Made by a program: the position numbers and the translations under genes. A stretch of DNA of 63,977 bases, the filler included, from Stramenopiles sp. TOSAG23-2 (taxonomy: Eukaryota), in NCBI GenBank assembly GCA_900128395.1. It is 3 parts of 3 records of this genome, joined end to end, with 100 filler letters (N's around TTAATTAATTAA, not from the genome) between each part and the next. Parts side by side here need not be neighbours in the genome. Positions count along the whole stretch, not along the records: positions 45,033 to 63,977 come from LT649595.1; 2 more parts are not named here. The stretch is one strand, 5' to 3'. How positions within the stretch are numbered: position 1 is the stretch's first letter; the number at the start of each line of letters is the position of its first letter. This document shows, piece by piece, positions 59,676-63,977 of the stretch. Below the pieces are notes generated by a model. The model did no database searches and was not told where the DNA came from. It saw only the letters and a program-made list of their open reading frames with translations.

Positions 59676-59945
59676 CATTGTTGTTGTTGTTGTGGTTGTA
59701 TTAGAAGATGGCACTATGGCTGTCACAGCTTTTAAATGCCTTCTTAATGGCATGTTAGTATTTGATTTTCTAAGATATTCGCCAGGACCAACAACACGTC
59801 CTGTTGTACTAATATCAGGTGAATCATGATAATAATCAGTAATTTTATAATTATTATCAGTACTTTTTTTCTTACTTTTTTTTTTATTATTATTATTTGA
59901 TGATGGTGATGAGGGGGAGGAAATGATTGTATTTCTTTTTTCCAT
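58274..59945 (-). CDS. SET-domain protein, two exons (59945-59193, 59113-58274)
   Basis: FGVYA, DASKCKNIGAFINDYR, RPNC, IYKGEQLLLDYGNEFW. A phase-0 intron joins the two listed ORFs. Confidence 0.82.
59114..59192 (-). other. 79-nt spliceosomal intron
   Basis: GTATGT donor, CTAAC branch-point-like sequence, CATAG acceptor; frame preserved (TVTN|IPPR). Confidence 0.85.
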
Positions 59946-60183
59946 ATTCTTTTTATTGTTATTGCTCTCTTATGTTATATTCAATTGATAGATTGTTTTA
60001 CTTAACGTATGATTTTGTTTTTGTCATATATATCTATCGGATCATATTGTAAAAAAACAAAATTGTTTTTAGTTTGATGCAACTAATTCTAATAATTGTT
60101 GTTTCTGTGATGCTTCGCAACTTCTTCGACATAAAATTTGTATCTTCCCATACGCAGTGCTACCCTCTAAACCGTGAGAAAAC

Positions 60184-60345
60184 TGTGCACTTAACACTAT
60201 TCACTATGGGGAAAATATTCACCATTTTTTCTATATTTTCGGATATTTGCTATTTTTTACAAATATATGAAAAATAAAATTGGCATTTTAGAAAACGATA
60301 TATACATATTTCCCATAGTGAATAGTGTTATTTGTTAAGTGCACA
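60184..60345. repeat. Imperfect inverted repeat (MITE-like or hairpin)
   Basis: tgtgcacttaacactattcactatggggaaaatat versus atatttcccatagtgaatagtgttatttgttaagtgcaca. Confidence 0.75.
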
Positions 60346-60626
60346 TTTTTTGTCAAAATTCCAAAAAAATATAGTACGAGATATGATGATATATATACAT
60401 ATATTTTATGATGATCATAAATTAAAATGAATAATAATTATATTATACACATCAATATGAAAAGATATCAATATATCAATTATTCATACATTTCATCAAT
60501 TTATTGATTAAGAAGTACACATATACAAATATATCTAAACATATATACCACACAAAAATAAAAAATAAAAAAAATAATCAAATTACCAACCAATAATAAT
60601 AATAATTTAACAACTTTTTTTTAAAA

Positions 60627-61709
60627 ATGTCGTCAGGTGTATTTGATTTATTATTTTATATGTTCATGGTAGCACCTGTTGCTAAAAATTTATATACAAA
60701 AAAAGGTTTAATGTATGCAGTAGCTTTTTTAAGTGTAGTAGGCCTTGGGCAAGTATATATCCAACATATTCACTATGCCGAACCAAATGTGTATCGTACG
60801 TTGAAAGTCGCGCGAAGTGCTACAACATTAGAAGTCAAACGTGCATATCGTAAAGTTGCACTGAAATACCATCCGGATAAAGTTTCTAATTTATCACCTG
60901 AAGAGCAAGATTTTGCAAAAATTATGTTGGAAAAAGTTCATATTGCAAATGAAGTTTTGAAAGATGGCCGTCGACGTTTAGTATACGATCGTTTTGGTTT
61001 AGATGGTTTGAAAAATTTTGAAGGAAGTCCAGGGGATAAAGATCATGAAAGTGCTGCATTTATGGGAATGGGAATGTATTATTTAATGACAGCAGTTATG
61101 TGTTTTTTAATGACATTAGGGGAAGGTTCCGGTTTAGCACGGACATATGTATATACTGGACTTATATTGATGTTTTTATTGGAATGGCAAGTAAAATTTG
61201 ATGATTTTGATTTCTTCACCGATTTATTGCCATACGATACACCATACGATAAGGTACAAATAATGCATTTTTTATTTCCAGCATTTATGACAGGTGCTAG
61301 ATTAATTGCAGCAATGCAATATGTTAATAAAGATGCTATATTGATGGGTCATATACATGCATTAAGACAAGAAAATGTTATCTTACATGGAAAAATAAAT
61401 GAAATATTAGCCAATACAGCAAGAGGTGGAGGAAGACGTGGTAAAAATAATAATAATAACAATAATTCAACAGTAGTAGAAGATGGTGATGAGAAAGACG
61501 ATGATAAGAATGATACAAATGATAAAGCTGGATTACGTCAACGTAGTCCAAAAAAAAAACGTTCTGATGCACCACCTGGTGCAAGATTGCAATCTAAAGC
61601 AGAAGAACGTTTACAAGCAGAGGAAAAAAAACAAGCTAATTCATTTTCCATTCCATCATGGGCATGGTTTTTAGGGATGTATTTTTTCATCAATTACATT
61701 TTAAAGTAA
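60627..61709 (+). CDS. Membrane-bound DnaJ-domain protein
   Basis: NVYRTLKV...EVKRAYRKVALKYHPDK...RRLVYDRFG; several TM segments. Confidence 0.9.
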   Translation: MSSGVFDLLFYMFMVAPVAKNLYTKKGLMYAVAFLSVVGLGQVYIQHIHYAEPNVYRTLKVARSATTLEVKRAYRKVALKYHPDKVSNLSPEEQDFAKIMLEKVHIANEVLKDGRRRLVYDRFGLDGLKNFEGSPGDKDHESAAFMGMGMYYLMTAVMCFLMTLGEGSGLARTYVYTGLILMFLLEWQVKFDDFDFFTDLLPYDTPYDKVQIMHFLFPAFMTGARLIAAMQYVNKDAILMGHIHALRQENVILHGKINEILANTARGGGRRGKNNNNNNNSTVVEDGDEKDDDKNDTNDKAGLRQRSPKKKRSDAPPGARLQSKAEERLQAEEKKQANSFSIPSWAWFLGMYFFINYILK

Positions 61710-62447
61710 AAAATATATATTTTGTAGGTATGTATAAACATTATTTATGTTTTACAGGCGACACATACTAAGTGTACACACAAAGGATCTGAAGAGTGCA
61801 AGCAATAAATAAAAGAAACCGTGAAAAAATAAAAGTATACAGAGAGAGAGAGAGAGAGTGCCTGTGGAGAATGTAAAATACTATAGTAAAAGTAGATACT
61901 TCGTAATATTTTATAATGTTTGTGTCATCTAATTACTAAAGATGTTTGTCATGAGTGTTTTTAACAAATAGAGGGGAGGATATATGTGAACAAATTACGA
62001 TTCTCGTGGTTCGTGGGACTCGATAAATGCTGTGTGAGAGATTGAATTATTAATTAATGTGAGAGGGAGAGCAGTGTTTAATGTTCACCAATCCAATTAA
62101 ATGTGGTTAAAAAGGTTAAAAAATATTCAAAAAGAGTTTTTACTACGATGTGTATTTATCTAACTTAATATTTGTATATGTAATTTTTTTTAGTATCTTC
62201 CATTATCTTCCATTATTATGCGAGTTCACCGGAGAGTATTCGCTATAATACAGTATATTACATCGTATATACACATAGAAAACACTGTTCTAAATATATT
62301 AATATTATCAAGTTCAATTTATAAATAATATAACATCATAAGATACAAGAATCAAAGTACTACTTCTCGTAAAAGCTTTATCTACAAACAATATATATAT
62401 ATATATATTATTATATATTTTTTTTAGCTTTCCACTAAGGAAATTAT

Positions 62448-63977
62448 ATGAACATGGCTTCAATTATAAATAATAATAATAATAACACGGATAATGAGAG
62501 CAAAGGTGAAGATATTACGAATAACCATGCAGACGTTCTTGTTTTGGATCCTATAATTGTGCAAGAGATGAGTGAAATGAATATTGTTAATGATGATCCG
62601 TCATTCATTGATATATTGCCAAGTGGTGGTGCTGGGCGGAATATTGTTTATACCATCCTTAGTATGTTAGATATGAAATCATTAAGTTCTTTGATCTATT
62701 CATCCTTTATTCAATTATTTTGTAAAAATCGAAACGATGATACATTGTATCAACTGTGTAAAGAGATACAACATCAATTTAAAATACAATTGGCGAATGA
62801 ATTAAAGATTAAATACGAAGAAGAATTTCCACATGGTACGCCAATAGTATGCGCATGCGAAAAAGGACGTTTTGAGGAAATGAAATTATTGATTACAGGG
62901 CGTAATGATGTGAATGGTAGTAATGGTAATAATAATAATATGACATTGAAAGAATACGTGAATCAAGAAGGTAAAGGTAGTTATGGTTATGCATGGACAC
63001 CTTTAATGGCAGCTTTTTCTGGTGGACATACAGAAATTATTGATTATCTCTTCGGCATTCTTTCAGATGGTGTAACAATGAATGCAACTATATTAACTGA
63101 GTTGTATAAGAAAACATTTCCAAACGGTACGCCAATAGTATGCGCGTGTGAAAAAGGACGTTTTGAGGATGTAAAATTATTGATTACAGGCTATAATGAT
63201 GTGAATGGTAGTAATGGTAATAATAATAATATGACATTGAAAGAATACGTGAATCAAGAAGGTAAAGGTAGTTATGGTGAATTGGAAATAATAATAATAT
63301 GACATTGAAAGAATACGTGAATCAAGTCGGTAAAAATAGTGGTGGTTATGATCGTACACCTTTAATGGCAGCTTTTTCTGGTCCTTTTTCTGGTGGACAT
63401 ACAGAAATTATTGATTATCTCTTCGGCATTCTTTCAGATGGTGTAACAATGAATGCAACTATATTAACTGAGTTGTATAAGAAAACATTTCCATACGGTA
63501 CGCCAATAGTATGCGCATGTGAAAAAGGACGTTTTGAGGATGTAAAATTATTGATTACAGGCTATAATGATGTGAATGGTAGTAATGGTAATAATAAAAT
63601 AGGAGGTAAAGGAGAAGGAAGAGGTGGTAAGAAAAAGAAAAAGAAAAAGAAAAAGAAAAAGAAAAAGAAAAAGAAAGAAGGGGATGATGAAAATAATATG
63701 ACATTGAAAGAATACGTGAGTCAAGTCGGTGAAAGTAGTGGTGGTTGGTCATGGACACCTTTATGTGCAGCAACAGACCAACGCATTATTGATTATTTAT
63801 TCTCCATCTTGTTAGATGGAATAACACGTAATACAAATACATTGACTGATTTGTATAAGAAAACATTTCCAGACGGTACGCCAATAGTATGCGCATGTGA
63901 AAAAGGACGTTTTGAGGATGTAAAATTATTGATTACAGGCTATAATGATGTGAATGGTAGTAATGGTAATAATAATA
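62448..63977 (+). CDS. Modular ankyrin-repeat protein; frame break near 63280; runs off the window end
   Basis: Four copies of GTPIVCACEKGRFE; TPLMAA...GHTEIIDYL. A second frame is open from ATG 63299 to the end of the window. Confidence 0.8.

Overview
This is AT-rich, gene-dense, intron-poor eukaryotic nuclear DNA, not prokaryotic. It consists of three contigs joined by artificial 100-nt linkers (N44-TTAATTAATTAA-N44 at 22448-22547 and 44933-45032), so adjacency across those points is meaningless. There are about 30 protein-coding genes in the standard genetic code, mostly single-exon, with two GT-AG introns recovered. Recognisable genes are eIF2B-delta, a GH28 hydrolase, hexose-6-P 1-epimerase, a BCDIN3D-like methyltransferase, ATP10, an SPFH protein, a 2OG-Fe(II) oxygenase, RPB6, VKOR, BCP1, LEKR1, an AmpC-like serine hydrolase, AP-5 mu, the golgin CASP, a BTB protein, DCP1, NPHP4, FAH, a SET protein, a DnaJ protein and ankyrin proteins. 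NPHP4 implies a flagellated protist; a stramenopile-like single-cell or metagenome assembly is my inference only. The most interesting signals are an ankyrin gene built from near-identical DNA modules with focused hypervariable positions, a noncoding island of GCAATCCA/GTGCCCG repeats, TACGA/TCGTA clusters in convergent 3' regions, EF-hand insertions in CASP and NPHP4, and two single-base gene lesions. Several 65-119 bp tandem duplications are probably assembly artefacts. No rRNA, tRNA, CRISPR array or transposase gene was seen.
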